Translations under genes and position numbers: made by a program
Notes under the pieces: model-generated
The model's database searches: none
What the model was told of the DNA's origin: nothing
The model's input: the letters and a program-made list of their open reading frames with translations, nothing else
Assembly (NCBI GenBank): GCA_005788145.1
Contig: SXYY01000057.1
Coordinates: 1-41,257 of the forward strand
DNA length: 41,257 nt
Origin: Bacteroidota bacterium
GTDB taxonomy: Bacteria; Bacteroidota; Bacteroidia; NS11-12g; UBA955
Direction: 5' to 3'
Shown: piece after piece, positions 1-9,610 of the stretch
How the letters are laid out: each line of letters begins with the position of its first letter
How positions within the stretch are numbered: position 1 is the stretch's first letter

Positions 1-38
1 AAAAATCCAGAGATGGCACGCAGGGTGAAATTGTTCAT
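1..38 (-). CDS. N-terminus of a gene running off the window, probably phosphatidate cytidylyltransferase (partial)
   Basis: ATG at 38, 3 nt after the upstream stop; MNNFTLRAISGF resembles Bacteroidota CdsA N-termini; only 12 codons visible. Confidence 0.4.
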   Translation of the reverse strand, partial: MNNFTLRAISGF

Positions 39-41
39 GGT

Positions 42-947
42 TTATTTTTTGAGGGTGAGGAAAAGTCCGGCCGAAGTTACAGGAATGGCGATGATGTATA
101 CGGCGGGTTGCGACAACCAAGCTTCGGCGTTAAAGAAAATGCCTGTTTTCTGGAACTGCTGCAGGGTGAGGTAGTGGATCAGGACGGTGCTGCCGTTGAA
201 AATGAAGTGCGACAGGGTAGAATACCACAGGGATCCTGTGGATACATAGACCAGTCCTAAGATGAGTCCTATGGCGAAAATGCCCACGAATTCAAAGGGC
301 GAAAAGTGGATGGTCGCGAAAACAAAGGCTTGAAACAGGACGGCGCTTCTTCGGGTTTGAAAACTCTGTGCGGCCATGGTAGTGATGAGTCCACGGAAGA
401 CGTATTCCTCAAAAATGGCGGGCATGAGGGCCAAGATGAAAAGGCAGACAAACAGTTCTGGGAGAACTTCCATGTCGAGCATCGCTTCAAATATCGCTTG
501 TCGTTTGGTATCCAGCAGCGTAAACGCGCGGGAGAAATCGCCCAGAGGCAGGTGTTTGAAATAGGCGGTAGACAGGGCCACGAGGGGAATCATGCCGAGG
601 GCCAGCAGGGTGGCGCCCAGGAGTTTTTTGCTGCTCAGTTTTTGGGTATAGCCCCCAATTTCGTTGGGCTTGTATTGGGCGATCAGGGTGATGAGTAGTG
701 CGGGGATGGCCATGAAGGCGGTGAATTGTAGCAAGTTGCCCCAACGCAATACATTGATTCCCAAGGCCGTGCGAGAGGGGTGGTTGAGCAGTTGCGAGGT
801 TTGATCGGCCGAAAGACCGTAAAGGATTTTGCCCATGAGTTGTGAAAGGCCCAATCCCACCAAACTAAAAACGATGATGGTGAATAGCAGTGCGCCTACG
901 CCCCAGAGATTTCTGAGTGGATTGGTGGAAGGGGTTTGTGAAAGCAT
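42..947 (-). CDS. CPBP (CAAX/Abi) family intramembrane glutamic endopeptidase
   Basis: EEYVFRG, FATIH and H-F-I-F-N motifs, many TM segments; start moved to ATG 947 to avoid overlapping dusB. Confidence 0.88.
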   Translation of the reverse strand: MLSQTPSTNPLRNLWGVGALLFTIIVFSLVGLGLSQLMGKILYGLSADQTSQLLNHPSRTALGINVLRWGNLLQFTAFMAIPALLITLIAQYKPNEIGGYTQKLSSKKLLGATLLALGMIPLVALSTAYFKHLPLGDFSRAFTLLDTKRQAIFEAMLDMEVLPELFVCLFILALMPAIFEEYVFRGLITTMAAQSFQTRRSAVLFQAFVFATIHFSPFEFVGIFAIGLILGLVYVSTGSLWYSTLSHFIFNGSTVLIHYLTLQQFQKTGIFFNAEAWLSQPAVYIIAIPVTSAGLFLTLKK

Positions 948-950
948 GCG

Positions 951-969
951 TAACTTTGCAGCAAAGTTG
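951..969. promoter_or_regulatory. Overlapping divergent promoter boxes between the CPBP gene and dusB
   Basis: TAACTTTG (+, 951-958) and CAACTTTG (-, 969-962) form the inverted repeat AACTTTGC-A-GCAAAGTT. Confidence 0.55.
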
Positions 970-1956
970 GTAAAAATCGGCGACATAGCGTTGGGAGAAT
1001 TTCCGTTGTTATTGGCACCCATGGAAGACGTGAGTGATCCGCCGTTTCGGTATGTGTGCAAGCAACACGGGGCCGACCTTATGTACACTGAATTTATTAG
1101 CAGTGAGGGATTGATTCGCGATGCGGTGAAGAGTCGACAGAAGCTCGATATTTTCGATTACGAACGACCGATAGGCATTCAGATTTTCGGGGGCGATGAA
1201 GAGGCGATGGGATTGGCGGCGAGGATTGTGGATGCCACGCAGCCTGATTTGTTGGACATCAATTTTGGTTGTCCGGTGCAGAAGGTGGTTTGCAAGGGCG
1301 CGGGTGCTGGGGTGTTGAAGGACATTGATTTGATGGTAAGATTGACCTCGGCGGTGGTGAAGGGAACGTCGTTGCCGGTAACGGTGAAAACGCGATTGGG
1401 CTGGGACGATAGTACGAAGAACATCGAGGAGGTGGCCGAGCGATTACAAGACGTTGGGGTGAAGGCGTTAACGATTCATGGCAGAACGCGCGTGCAATTG
1501 TATAAGGGCGAGGCGGACTGGACGTTGATTTCGAAAGTGAAAAACAATCCTCGGATACAGATTCCGATTTTTGGCAATGGCGATATTGACTCGCCGCAGA
1601 AGGCGTTGGAGTATAGAAATCGCTATGGGGTGGATGGCATCATGATTGGACGGGCGAGCATTGGCTATCCTTGGATTTTCAGGGAGGTGAAGCATTTTAT
1701 GGCCACGGGTGAGGTGTTGGATGGGCCTACATTGGCTGAGCGATTGGATGCCTGCAGAACCCATTTTGTGAAGAGTGTGGAGTGGAAAGGTCCGAAGGTT
1801 GGGGTGTTTGAGATGCGCAGGCACTATGCGAATTACTTCAAGGGGTTGCCAAATTTCAAGGACTTCAGGGTGAAGTTGGTGGGTTGCGAGGTTCCGGATG
1901 AGATTTTGGAGACCTTGGATCGCATTTTGGTGGAGTACGAGGGCTTGGTGAATTGA
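967..1956 (+). CDS. dusB: tRNA-dihydrouridine synthase DusB
   Basis: LAPMEDVSD, DINFGCP, VTVKTRLG, IHGRT, GNGDI and MIGR motifs; TTG start at 967 gives the usual (M)VKIG N-terminus. Confidence 0.95.
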   Translation: MVKIGDIALGEFPLLLAPMEDVSDPPFRYVCKQHGADLMYTEFISSEGLIRDAVKSRQKLDIFDYERPIGIQIFGGDEEAMGLAARIVDATQPDLLDINFGCPVQKVVCKGAGAGVLKDIDLMVRLTSAVVKGTSLPVTVKTRLGWDDSTKNIEEVAERLQDVGVKALTIHGRTRVQLYKGEADWTLISKVKNNPRIQIPIFGNGDIDSPQKALEYRNRYGVDGIMIGRASIGYPWIFREVKHFMATGEVLDGPTLAERLDACRTHFVKSVEWKGPKVGVFEMRRHYANYFKGLPNFKDFRVKLVGCEVPDEILETLDRILVEYEGLVN

Positions 1957-1966
1957 GAGATTTCCT

Positions 1967-1974
1967 TACATTTG
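1967..1974 (+). promoter_or_regulatory. Bacteroidota sigmaA -7 box
   Basis: TACATTTG 20 nt upstream of ATG 1995. Confidence 0.6.
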
Positions 1975-1994
1975 CCTTTAAGAGATAAAATACT

Positions 1995-4016
1995 ATGAAA
2001 AAAACAATACTTTCTTTGATGGCTTTGGTATCGTTGGGTGCGTTTGCGCAGACTGGATACTATGTAGCCCCGGGCACTGGATCGGGTAATCCAGGGGGAT
2101 TAAATGGCGATGCGGAATACCCTCCAGGGGGCGGTTTGCCAACAGGATGGACAACCCTAATAACAGGTCCACAGAACGAAATGTGGAGCGCGTCACAAAA
2201 CATGCCTTTCACTTTCAAATTCAACGACCAAGACGTAACTAGCTACAAAGTGGCTGCCAACGGTGTCGTAACTTTTGATGTTGCTACAACCATCACGCCT
2301 TCTGCCGTGAATGGCGATTTGCCAAATGCGGGTATTCCGAACCAATCGGTTTGTGTGTGGGGTGTTGGTGCAACAGCCACTGGTGATTACGTGGTGTCTA
2401 AAACTTTCGGAACCGCTGGCAAACGTCAGCATTGGATTCAGTACAATAGCTGCTCTGAGGCCAACATTGGCACAGGATGGATTTATGCCAGTATCGTATT
2501 GGAAGAAGGAACCAACAACATTTACATCGTAGATCAGCGTTACAACGGTACAGCGGCGTCTAAGATTTCTATGGGTGTTCAGATTGACGGCAGCACAGCG
2601 ATTAAGGTGAGTGGAACACCTGCTTACGGCATGAAAGCGGTGAACGATCCTACCACTGCTGATAACGTGTTTTACAGTTTCATTCCAGGCATTCAGCCAG
2701 CCAATGAAGCGGGTATCACTGCGTTGAATGTTGCAAAGTATTTGAGTTTGAACAGTGCTCCGTATGACATTTCCATGAGTATCATCAACGGAGGTTCTAG
2801 TGCAATTACCTCTTTGGATGTTGAATACACCATCGATGGTGGTGCTGCAGTAAGCGGTAAAATTACTGGTTTGAACATCGCTTCAGGTGCCACCGGTACT
2901 GCGGTACACCCAACCAAGTGGTCAGGTGCTACTGTAGGGGCTCATACTGTAGCTGTGAAAATTGTAAAAGTGAATGGTGCAGTTGACACAAAAGTGGGTA
3001 ACAACAATGCGACCAAAGCGGTGATGGTATTTGACAAAGCAGTTGATCGCAAGATTATGAATGAAATATTCACTTCTTCTACTTGTCCTCCTTGTACGCC
3101 AGGTAATGTCAACTACAACAAAGTGATTGAAGGCAGAACAAAACACAGCACGATTAAATACCAAGTAAACTTTCCAGGTACTGGCGACCCTTATTGCACG
3201 CAAGAAGTGAAAGATCGTATGACTTTTTACGCAGTGAATTCAGTGCCAAGAATGGAAATTGACGGAGGATGGGACGGTAATGCAAATTCTTTTTCTACGG
3301 GTTTGTATGATGATTTCCAAGCCAAGCCCGCCTTCGTGGAAATTACCGGAAGTGTCTCGTTGACATGGAAAAATACTGTGACCTTGGATGTGACTTTGAA
3401 TCCTTTGTTGGACAACGGAAGTAATAACTTAAAATTGCATGCAGTCATTGTTGAAGGAATCACATACGCAAATAAAAAGTCGAATGGTGAGACCAAGTTT
3501 GAGGAAGTGATGAAGAAGATGATGACGGGTTCTGTAGGACAGGTTTTGACGCCTTTGAAGAAGGATACCAAGGTGACCAAGAAAATCGCCTACACTTTCA
3601 ACGGTGGATACCGTTTGCCACTGGATGGTTCTGCGGCGCAGCACATCAATCACTTGTCTGAAAACAGTGTAGAAACTTGGAATGATTTGGCAGTCGTGGT
3701 ATTTGTCCAAGATGCCAGTACCAAAGAGATTTTGCAATCTCAGACTTTCCCAATTGCATTGGTGGGTACGGAGGCAGTTGAGCAGAACTTGAACTTGTAT
3801 CCCAACCCTGCTAACAGCGTCTTTGTTGTTGAAGCAAAGGAAATGGGCAACGCTGCTGTGGTTGTTACCGACATGCAAGGCAAAGTGGTGTTCAATGGTA
3901 ACATGAATGCTGGTGCTTTGAGCATGAACGTGGCCGACTGGTCGAACGGTGTTTACATGGTATCAGTAAACGGCAATAGTAAGAATTTGAATAGCAAGAT
4001 TGTGATTCGTAAATAA
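1995..4016 (+). CDS. Secreted T9SS type A cargo protein with a CARDB/Ig-like domain and an Omp28-like thioredoxin-fold domain
   Basis: Signal peptide AFA|Q; EIFTSSTCPPC (CxxC) and VP cis-Pro position; C-terminal LYPNPA...NGVYMV...KIVIRK sorting domain. Confidence 0.85.
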   Translation: MKKTILSLMALVSLGAFAQTGYYVAPGTGSGNPGGLNGDAEYPPGGGLPTGWTTLITGPQNEMWSASQNMPFTFKFNDQDVTSYKVAANGVVTFDVATTITPSAVNGDLPNAGIPNQSVCVWGVGATATGDYVVSKTFGTAGKRQHWIQYNSCSEANIGTGWIYASIVLEEGTNNIYIVDQRYNGTAASKISMGVQIDGSTAIKVSGTPAYGMKAVNDPTTADNVFYSFIPGIQPANEAGITALNVAKYLSLNSAPYDISMSIINGGSSAITSLDVEYTIDGGAAVSGKITGLNIASGATGTAVHPTKWSGATVGAHTVAVKIVKVNGAVDTKVGNNNATKAVMVFDKAVDRKIMNEIFTSSTCPPCTPGNVNYNKVIEGRTKHSTIKYQVNFPGTGDPYCTQEVKDRMTFYAVNSVPRMEIDGGWDGNANSFSTGLYDDFQAKPAFVEITGSVSLTWKNTVTLDVTLNPLLDNGSNNLKLHAVIVEGITYANKKSNGETKFEEVMKKMMTGSVGQVLTPLKKDTKVTKKIAYTFNGGYRLPLDGSAAQHINHLSENSVETWNDLAVVVFVQDASTKEILQSQTFPIALVGTEAVEQNLNLYPNPANSVFVVEAKEMGNAAVVVTDMQGKVVFNGNMNAGALSMNVADWSNGVYMVSVNGNSKNLNSKIVIRK

Positions 4017-4064
4017 GAATGACAAACACAACAATTTTTTCGTTCAAATGTCGTTTGGTATAGT

Positions 4065-4208
4065 ATGAGGCGCAGTTTACGCATGGTTCAAGTGGTGTTG
4101 TTGTTTGTGATAACAGCACTGTTGTTAGAAGCCTGTGGAACTGCAAAGGGTAAATCTTGTAAGCCCCCTCGAAAGCGTTATTTTCACGATACATTTTTGA
4201 ATATGTAA
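4065..4208 (+). CDS. Small putative lipoprotein, 47 aa, below the ORF-track cutoff
   Basis: MRRSLRMVQVVLLFVITALLLEAC-GTAKGKSCKPPRKRYFHDTFLNM*: basic n-region, hydrophobic core, LEAC lipobox; stop lies directly before a terminator. Confidence 0.7.
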   Translation: MRRSLRMVQVVLLFVITALLLEACGTAKGKSCKPPRKRYFHDTFLNM

Positions 4209-4210
4209 TC

Positions 4211-4243
4211 AAAAAAGCCCCGGCAGCGCCGGGGCTTTTTTTT
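4211..4243 (+). terminator. Rho-independent terminator
   Basis: AAAAAAGCCCCGGC-AGC-GCCGGGGCTTTTTTTT. Confidence 0.9.
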
Positions 4244-4303
4244 AACCCTGCACGAAACCAACGCCGGGTCCTTTTGGAGGCCCCAATTTTGTTGAAGATT
4301 TCG

Positions 4304-4311
4304 TATTTTTG
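4304..4311 (+). promoter_or_regulatory. Bacteroidota -7 box
   Basis: TATTTTTG upstream of ATG 4342. Confidence 0.6.
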
Positions 4312-4341
4312 TAGAACTTTATCAATCTATAATCTCAGTCC

Positions 4342-5358
4342 ATGTTATTGCGAAACATTGTGAACCGGGAGGAACTGAAACGTCGGATGGATGCCGATGT
4401 TCGTCCTTACACCACCATTTCTTTTTATTGCTACCACCCCATAGAGGATCCCATGGCTTTCCGCAACGATTTGTTTTTGCGGTTTTCACGTTTGGAAGTT
4501 GTGGGTAGAATTTATATCGCCCATGAGGGAATCAATGCACAGCTAGCGCTGCCTTCAGCGCATTTTGAGGCGTTTAAATCGGATTTGTACACCATCGACT
4601 TCTTGAACGGCATTCGATTGAATGTGGCCATTGAGGAGAAGCAGAAGAGTTTCATCAAATTGGATGTGAAAGTGAGGGAAAAGATTGTGGCCGATGGCAT
4701 TGATGATCCTACCTTCAGTTTGCAGAATCGGGGAAAATACCTGGACGCTGCAAATTGGAATCAAAAAATGGCCGATCCCAATGCAGTGGTGATTGACATG
4801 CGAAACCATTACGAAAGTGAAGTGGGTAGGTTTGAGGGTGCGAGCTGTCCGGATACAGATACGTTCAGGGACGAGTTGGCGCGGGTTTTGGATTTGTATA
4901 AGGAGGAGAAGGACAAGCCCATTTTGATGTATTGCACGGGAGGGATTCGGTGTGAGAAAGCCAGTGCATGGATGAAGCACAACGGCTACAACGAGGTGTA
5001 TCACTTGGAGGGTGGGATCATCAATTATGTGAACCAGGTTAAGGCTTCGGGTTTGGAGAATAAGTTCAAGGGGGTAAATTTTGTATTTGACCAGCGTTTG
5101 GCTGAGCGTGTGAGCGATGATGTGATTGCCGTTTGTTATCAGTGTGGTTCACCTGCAGATAGCCACATCAATTGCGCCAATACCGGTTGCCATTTGTTGT
5201 TCATTCAATGCAGCGCTTGTGCTGAGAAATTTGAGCGTTGTTGCTCAGAGGATTGCAGGTCGGTCATCCACTTGCCTGAAGAAGAACAAATTCAATTGCG
5301 CAAGGGCAAGCCGGCGGGCAGAATCTTCAGTAAGGGAAGATTTCCAGGCAAAGTGTAA
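4342..5358 (+). CDS. trhO: Oxygen-dependent tRNA uridine(34) hydroxylase TrhO (YceA, rhodanese domain)
   Basis: GRIYIAHEGIN, DMRNHYE, YCTGGIRCEKAS, HLEGGI and FVFD.R motifs; Cys-rich C-terminus. Confidence 0.92.
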   Translation: MLLRNIVNREELKRRMDADVRPYTTISFYCYHPIEDPMAFRNDLFLRFSRLEVVGRIYIAHEGINAQLALPSAHFEAFKSDLYTIDFLNGIRLNVAIEEKQKSFIKLDVKVREKIVADGIDDPTFSLQNRGKYLDAANWNQKMADPNAVVIDMRNHYESEVGRFEGASCPDTDTFRDELARVLDLYKEEKDKPILMYCTGGIRCEKASAWMKHNGYNEVYHLEGGIINYVNQVKASGLENKFKGVNFVFDQRLAERVSDDVIAVCYQCGSPADSHINCANTGCHLLFIQCSACAEKFERCCSEDCRSVIHLPEEEQIQLRKGKPAGRIFSKGRFPGKV

Positions 5359-5480
5359 AATAATTTGAGCAGTTTGTCGTTTATGTGTAATGAATTCGGA
5401 GTTCACGGTGTGCGCGGGTCGTGGATGCAGGTCTCCGCTCCTTATATTCGCAGAATTAATTTTAATTGAAACACAATACG

Positions 5481-6227
5481 ATGAGATATACTCGTAATGC
5501 GCAAGAGAAATCTTGGTTACGATGGGCAGTGATACTGCTTACAGTGATGGCGATGCCCAGTGATGTTTTTGGACAGTGGGGATTTGGTGCAGATGCAGGC
5601 AGTGCAGACACAACAGCAAAAGACAGCGGTGCAACTTCGGGTGGTGGCGATGGTGGTTGGGGTATGGATGGTGGCGGATCTGCGGAAGAGCCGGCGATAA
5701 AGCGAGCGCCTTACGTTCGGTTTGTGCCTCCTTACGATAGCATGCGTGAGATTATCTTTTACGAGAACATCATTGAGGATGAGATGTGTGAGAATTGCGG
5801 GGCCGATTCGTTGTATTGGCGCGCCAAGAAGTATTTGGTTCAGCGCTTCGGCAAAGAGGGATACAAGAAGATGGTGATAGAGGATAAGCTGGCCGAACGG
5901 ATTGTTTTGAAGGTAACCACTCCGATGGTTTGCAGATACGGACAGTATAACAAGAAGCAGGAAGGTGTTTTGGAATACAGATTGACATTGCGATTCAAGG
6001 ACAGTAGATACAAGTATCAATTTGGCAATTTTATTCATGTTGAAGCGGAAGAGGGACTGAGCACGAAGATTTCAAGAACCTACCACGAGCACTACATGCG
6101 TTTGAAAAAAGGTTTTCAATATACAGATCGTTATTTGTTGGCGGCAGATTTTGAGGTAAACGAGGTTGTAACGGGCTTGAAAAAGACGTTGCAGCAGCCT
6201 TATCAGCCCGACGAGGACGATTGGTAG
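5481..6227 (+). CDS. Exported hypothetical protein, DUF4468-like C-terminal domain
   Basis: Signal peptide VFG|Q, Gly/Asp-rich linker, LRFKDSRYKY motif, C-terminal DDW. Confidence 0.6.
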   Translation: MRYTRNAQEKSWLRWAVILLTVMAMPSDVFGQWGFGADAGSADTTAKDSGATSGGGDGGWGMDGGGSAEEPAIKRAPYVRFVPPYDSMREIIFYENIIEDEMCENCGADSLYWRAKKYLVQRFGKEGYKKMVIEDKLAERIVLKVTTPMVCRYGQYNKKQEGVLEYRLTLRFKDSRYKYQFGNFIHVEAEEGLSTKISRTYHEHYMRLKKGFQYTDRYLLAADFEVNEVVTGLKKTLQQPYQPDEDDW

Positions 6228-6360
6228 GTCGATTGATTTTACAGCGAATACTGCGCTTTTCACCCCCGTATTGTTGGCATTGGATGCAGGCATTTGCTGT
6301 CCAATCGAAGAAAGCATGAAAAAAAGTTGTGTATATCTTGCTCTAAGAGAGAAAATATCC

Positions 6361-6368
6361 TATTTTTG
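6361..6368 (+). promoter_or_regulatory. -7 box of the rplM operon promoter
   Basis: TATTTTTG with TTG (-33) at 6338-6340. Confidence 0.7.
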
Positions 6369-6399
6369 CAACCCCAAAAACTAAGTAAGAATTACAAAC

Positions 6400-6843
6400 G
6401 TGAATCCGCTGAGTACATACAAAACCGTTTCGGTTAACAAAATGACTGCCGACAAGCAGTGGTTTGTTGTTGACGCAAATGGACAGACATTAGGCCGTAT
6501 GGCCTCTCAAATTGCTTCGGTATTGCGAGGCAAAAACAAGCCTTCTTACACACCCCATGTGGACTGTGGTGACAACGTGATCGTGATCAACGCGTCACAT
6601 GTTGCTATGACGGCTGGCAAGTTCGACAAGAAAGAGTATTTGCGTCACACAGGATTTCCTGGTGGTCAGCGAAGCACATTGGCGAAGAACGTGAAGCCTG
6701 CTCGTTTGATCGAGATGGCGGTGAAAGGCATGTTGCCGAAGAATCGCTTAGGCCGTAGATTGTTTACGAATTTGTTTGTGTACGAAGGATCAGAGCATCC
6801 CCACGCGGCACAACAACCCAAAGTAATGAATACTGAAAACTGA
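6400..6843 (+). CDS. rplM: 50S ribosomal protein L13
   Basis: WFVVDA, GKNKPSYTPHVDCGD, GMLPKN motifs; GTG start. Confidence 0.98.
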   Translation: MNPLSTYKTVSVNKMTADKQWFVVDANGQTLGRMASQIASVLRGKNKPSYTPHVDCGDNVIVINASHVAMTAGKFDKKEYLRHTGFPGGQRSTLAKNVKPARLIEMAVKGMLPKNRLGRRLFTNLFVYEGSEHPHAAQQPKVMNTEN

Positions 6844-6848
6844 GCCCT

Positions 6849-7229
6849 ATGATAAACACCTCAGGCAGAAGAAAAGCCGCTGTTGCACGCGTGTACCTGA
6901 AAGAAGGTAACGGAACCATTATTGTAAACAAGAAGCCATTGGAAGTTTACTTCCCATTATCATGGCATCAATCAGCCATTCAAGCCCCTATGGCATTGAC
7001 TGAGAACGGAGGAAAGTACGACGTTCAGGTGAATGTATGTGGAGGTGGTGTAAGCGGACAAGCGCAAGCGATCCGTTTGGCCATTTCTAAGGCTTTGGTT
7101 GACATCAATGCAGAGTTGAAATCTCCTTTGAGACAGGCAGGATTCATGACACGTGACTCACGTGTTGTTGAACGTAAGAAGCCAGGTCAGAAAAAGGCAC
7201 GTCGTCGCTTCCAGTTCTCTAAACGTTAA
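6849..7229 (+). CDS. rpsI: 30S ribosomal protein S9
   Basis: [15 protein letters not shown] and QFSKR C-terminus. Confidence 0.98.
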   Translation: MINTSGRRKAAVARVYLKEGNGTIIVNKKPLEVYFPLSWHQSAIQAPMALTENGGKYDVQVNVCGGGVSGQAQAIRLAISKALVDINAELKSPLRQAGFMTRDSRVVERKKPGQKKARRRFQFSKR

Positions 7230-7237
7230 TTATACCC

Positions 7238-7984
7238 ATGGCATATACTCAGCAAGATTTGTTGGAAGCAGGTGTACATTTTGGTCACCTTACCCGCAAA
7301 TGGAATCCCAAGATGGCTCCATACATTTTTATGGAACAGAATGGTATCCATATTATTGATTTGAAAAAAACCGAAAGCAAGTTGGAGGAAGCCAAAGCGG
7401 CAGCCAAGAACATTGCGCGTTCAGGACGTAGGGTTTTGTTCGTGGCTACCAAAAAGCAAGCGAAAGAGATTGTTGCCGAAGAAGCCAAGCGCGCCAACAT
7501 GCCTTTCACCACAGAGCGTTGGTTGGGTGGTATGTTGACAAACTTCCAAACTGTACGCAAGAGCATCAAGCGTATGCAGAACATCGACAAGATGGCAACT
7601 GACGGAACGTTTGATCGTATCAACAAGAAAGAGCGTTTGATGTTGGATCGTGAAAAAGCAAAATTGCGCATGATTTTGGGTGGTATCGAGGATATGACCA
7701 AATTGCCAGGTGCTATTTTCATCATCGACGTGAAGCGTGAACACATTGCTGTGTCTGAGGCCACCCGTTTGGGTATCCCCACCATCGCATTGGTAGATAC
7801 AAACTCAGATCCTACTGTGGTTGATTACTCAATCCCCGGAAACGATGATGCTTCCAAGTCTATTCAGTTGATTGCCCGTGAAATTGCGGATGCCATCATC
7901 GAAGGTAGCCTGGAGCGCAAGCGTGAAAAGTCTGAAGACGATGCAACCCCCGTTGCTGAAAAAGAAGTTGCGGCAGAAGTATAA
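7238..7984 (+). CDS. rpsB: 30S ribosomal protein S2
   Basis: [24 protein letters not shown] motifs. Confidence 0.98.
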   Translation: MAYTQQDLLEAGVHFGHLTRKWNPKMAPYIFMEQNGIHIIDLKKTESKLEEAKAAAKNIARSGRRVLFVATKKQAKEIVAEEAKRANMPFTTERWLGGMLTNFQTVRKSIKRMQNIDKMATDGTFDRINKKERLMLDREKAKLRMILGGIEDMTKLPGAIFIIDVKREHIAVSEATRLGIPTIALVDTNSDPTVVDYSIPGNDDASKSIQLIAREIADAIIEGSLERKREKSEDDATPVAEKEVAAEV

Positions 7985-7995
7985 TTGAATTAACA

Positions 7996-8829
7996 ATGAC
8001 TACTATTACTGCATCAGAAGTAAATAAACTGCGTCAAATGACCGGCGCAGGTATGATGGATTGCAAAAACGCTTTGGTAGAAACCAACGGTGATTTCGAA
8101 GCTGCGGTTGATTTTTTGCGCAAAAAAGGTGCGAAAATCGCTGCGAAACGCGCGGATCGCGAAGCTACTGAAGGATGTGTTATCGCCACGACCAACGATG
8201 CTCGCAGCGCGGGTGTGATCGTTTTGTTGAGCTGTGAAACGGATTTTGTTGCCAAAAACGAAAACTTTGTTGCGTTGGCAAAAAATATCGCCAAAGTGGC
8301 TTTGGAGAACCAACCTGCAGACGTTGACGCATTGAAGGCATTGTCGATTGGCGGTGTGAGCATTGCAGATCGTTTGTTGGAAGAAGTTGCCAAAATTGGG
8401 GAAAAGATTGACGTTAGTAAATATGAGTTGGTACAAGGTGCCAACGTGGTATCTTATATTCATGGTGCTAACCGCATGGGTGTTTTGGTTGAAATGAACA
8501 ATGTCGCCAACGATGCCAACCACACTGCAGGAAAAGATGTAGCAATGCAAATTGCCGCAATGAATCCCGTTGCTGTGAACCGCGATAGTGTGGATGCCAA
8601 TACCATCGAGCGTGAATTGGAAATCGGTCGCGAGCAAGCACGTGCTGAGGGTAAGCCTGAAGCCATGATTGACCGTATTGCCGATGGTAAGTTGCAGAAG
8701 TTTTTCAAGGAATCTACTTTGTTGGCGCAGGATTTCGTGAAAGATGGTTCTATGACCATCGAGAAATACTTGTCTGGCGTTGAGCCCGGTCTTACCGTTT
8801 CAAGTTTCAAGCGAGTGCAACTCGGATAA
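7996..8829 (+). CDS. tsf: Elongation factor Ts
   Basis: LRQMTGAGMMDCK and CETDFVA motifs. Confidence 0.98.
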   Translation: MTTITASEVNKLRQMTGAGMMDCKNALVETNGDFEAAVDFLRKKGAKIAAKRADREATEGCVIATTNDARSAGVIVLLSCETDFVAKNENFVALAKNIAKVALENQPADVDALKALSIGGVSIADRLLEEVAKIGEKIDVSKYELVQGANVVSYIHGANRMGVLVEMNNVANDANHTAGKDVAMQIAAMNPVAVNRDSVDANTIERELEIGREQARAEGKPEAMIDRIADGKLQKFFKESTLLAQDFVKDGSMTIEKYLSGVEPGLTVSSFKRVQLG

Positions 8830-8841
8830 TCAATAAATTTT

Positions 8842-8868
8842 AAATCCCTCGAAAGAGGGATTTTTTTT
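8842..8868 (+). terminator. Rho-independent terminator after tsf
   Basis: AAATCCCTC-GAAA-GAGGGATTTTTTTT. Confidence 0.85.
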
Positions 8869-8887
8869 GCTAATATTACAACATCAA

Positions 8888-9598
8888 ATGAGGTTTAAAA
8901 GAATACTACTGAAATTAAGTGGTGAGGCTCTGTTGGGCACTCAATCATATGGAATCGACGCCAAAGTGCTCGAGGCTTATGCCAAGGAAGTAAAGAAAGT
9001 GGTAGATGCGGGCGTAGAAGTAGCCGTAGTCATTGGTGGCGGCAACATCTTCCGTGGCGTTCAAGGCGCTCAAGGGGGCGTTGTAGATCGCGCTACAGGT
9101 GATTATATGGGTATGTTGGCCACAATGATCAACGCCATGGCCTTGCAAGGCGCTTTTGAAAAAGTGGGAATGTCGACTCGTTTGCTCTCTGCCATCAAGA
9201 TGGAACAAATTTCAGAACCCTTTATTCGTCGCCGTGCCATTCGTCACCTTGAAAAAGGTCGTGTGGTAATTTTCGGTGCCGGCACAGGAAATCCCTATTT
9301 TACTACCGATACAGCTGCGTCGTTGCGAGCCGTGGAGATTGAGGCCGATGTGGTGATCAAAGGAACCCGTGTGGATGGCATTTATGACAGCGATCCAGAA
9401 AAGAACCCTAGGGCTGTGAAATACGATGCAATTTCTTTCAAGAAGGTTTACGACCTCGGACTGGAAGTAATGGATTTAACGGCCATTACATTGTGTCAGG
9501 AGAACAACAAACCCATCGTGGTGTTTGATATGAATGGCGAGGGGAATTTGATGAAGTTGGTGCAGGGCGAAAAAGTAGGAACGCTGGTGATCGACTAA
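8888..9598 (+). CDS. pyrH: UMP kinase
   Basis: [29 protein letters not shown] motifs; ATG 8888. Confidence 0.97.
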   Translation: MRFKRILLKLSGEALLGTQSYGIDAKVLEAYAKEVKKVVDAGVEVAVVIGGGNIFRGVQGAQGGVVDRATGDYMGMLATMINAMALQGAFEKVGMSTRLLSAIKMEQISEPFIRRRAIRHLEKGRVVIFGAGTGNPYFTTDTAASLRAVEIEADVVIKGTRVDGIYDSDPEKNPRAVKYDAISFKKVYDLGLEVMDLTAITLCQENNKPIVVFDMNGEGNLMKLVQGEKVGTLVID

Positions 9599-9610
9599 CA
9601 GGGGCATGCA

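Noticed and set aside
42-947. Abi phage-defence or bacteriocin immunity gene
   Set aside because: CPBP proteases are common housekeeping membrane proteins, and there is no defence or bacteriocin context
829-966. N-terminal extensions in the ORF track (dusB, thiolase, dxs, mtgA, ferredoxin, rfaE2, rpsT)
   Set aside because: They overlap neighbouring genes or promoter boxes; downstream starts match the family N-termini
5359-5480. Possible structured RNA in intergenic regions (also 6228-6360 and 35540-35600)
   Set aside because: Only weak, GU-rich pairing is visible, with no recognisable riboswitch, tRNA or leader motif; an Rfam/Infernal scan would be needed
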